Source of the DNA: an uncultured virus (IMG/VR IMGVR_UViG_3300030503_000181)
Taxonomy: Duplodnaviria > Heunggongvirae > Uroviricota > Caudoviricetes
IMG/VR virus record: IMGVR_UViG_3300030503_000181
Length of the DNA: 64,000 nt
Reading direction: 5' to 3' (one strand)
Shown here piece by piece: positions 63,814 to 64,000 of the stretch. A program made the translations under genes and the position numbers. Position 1 is the stretch's first letter. Every line of letters starts with the position of its first letter. The notes below the pieces were generated by a model. The model made no database searches and had not been told where the DNA came from. It saw only the letters and a list, made by a program, of their open reading frames with translations.

Positions 63814-64000
63814 ATGCTCAAAGTGAAGAAGCTGAACTACGACGCCAAATGTCCGACTGTTGGTCATTTGGGGGAAGACCTCGCCTACGATCTGTATTCC
63901 GCCGAAGATGCTCGCATCGAGCCTTGGACTTCATGCAGGATCGGAACAGGCGTAGCCGCCGTATTTGACGGCCCACCACTGGGGACGGCGTTCGCAACCC
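63814..64000 (+). CDS. dut: dUTPase (partial, runs off the right edge)
   Basis: MLKVKKLNYDAKCPT...DLAYDLYSAED..I......IGTGVA is a trimeric dUTPase N-terminus. Confidence 0.75.
   Translation, partial: MLKVKKLNYDAKCPTVGHLGEDLAYDLYSAEDARIEPWTSCRIGTGVAAVFDGPPLGTAFAT

Overview
This window looks like part of a large (probably jumbo) tailed-phage genome. There are no rRNA or host housekeeping operons, and genes are dense and often overlap at stop/start codons. Positions 1-12060 are a minus-strand block of Thr/Val/Ala/Gly-rich, repeat-containing putative virion fibre or surface proteins, one with a DUF3494 ice-binding-type domain, plus a family-2 glycosyltransferase. From about 12300 to the end almost everything is on the plus strand: many small hypothetical ORFs; an RNA-repair set (Pnk, Rnl1-type ligase, CCA-adding enzyme); peptide deformylase; an SNF2 helicase; a 5'-truncated tyrosine integrase; six HNH-type endonucleases; a phosphatase/HD/NDT/ART cluster; IscA and IscU; and nucleotide-metabolism genes (Nudix, ThyX, two dCMP-type deaminases, dUTPase). 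The strongest unexplained signals are: (i) two tandem Y-RNA-like elements at 20221-20443, one enclosing a non-permuted tRNA-like body, close to two HEPN-like paralogues that each follow structured non-coding DNA; (ii) a GSP[A/P/I] motif in all six complete fibre-like proteins around the glycosyltransferase; (iii) two recurring promoter classes, mostly leaderless; (iv) a 17-bp hairpin hiding the start of an HNH gene; and (v) two more candidate structured RNAs. All family assignments come from recognising motifs by eye, and no searches were run.
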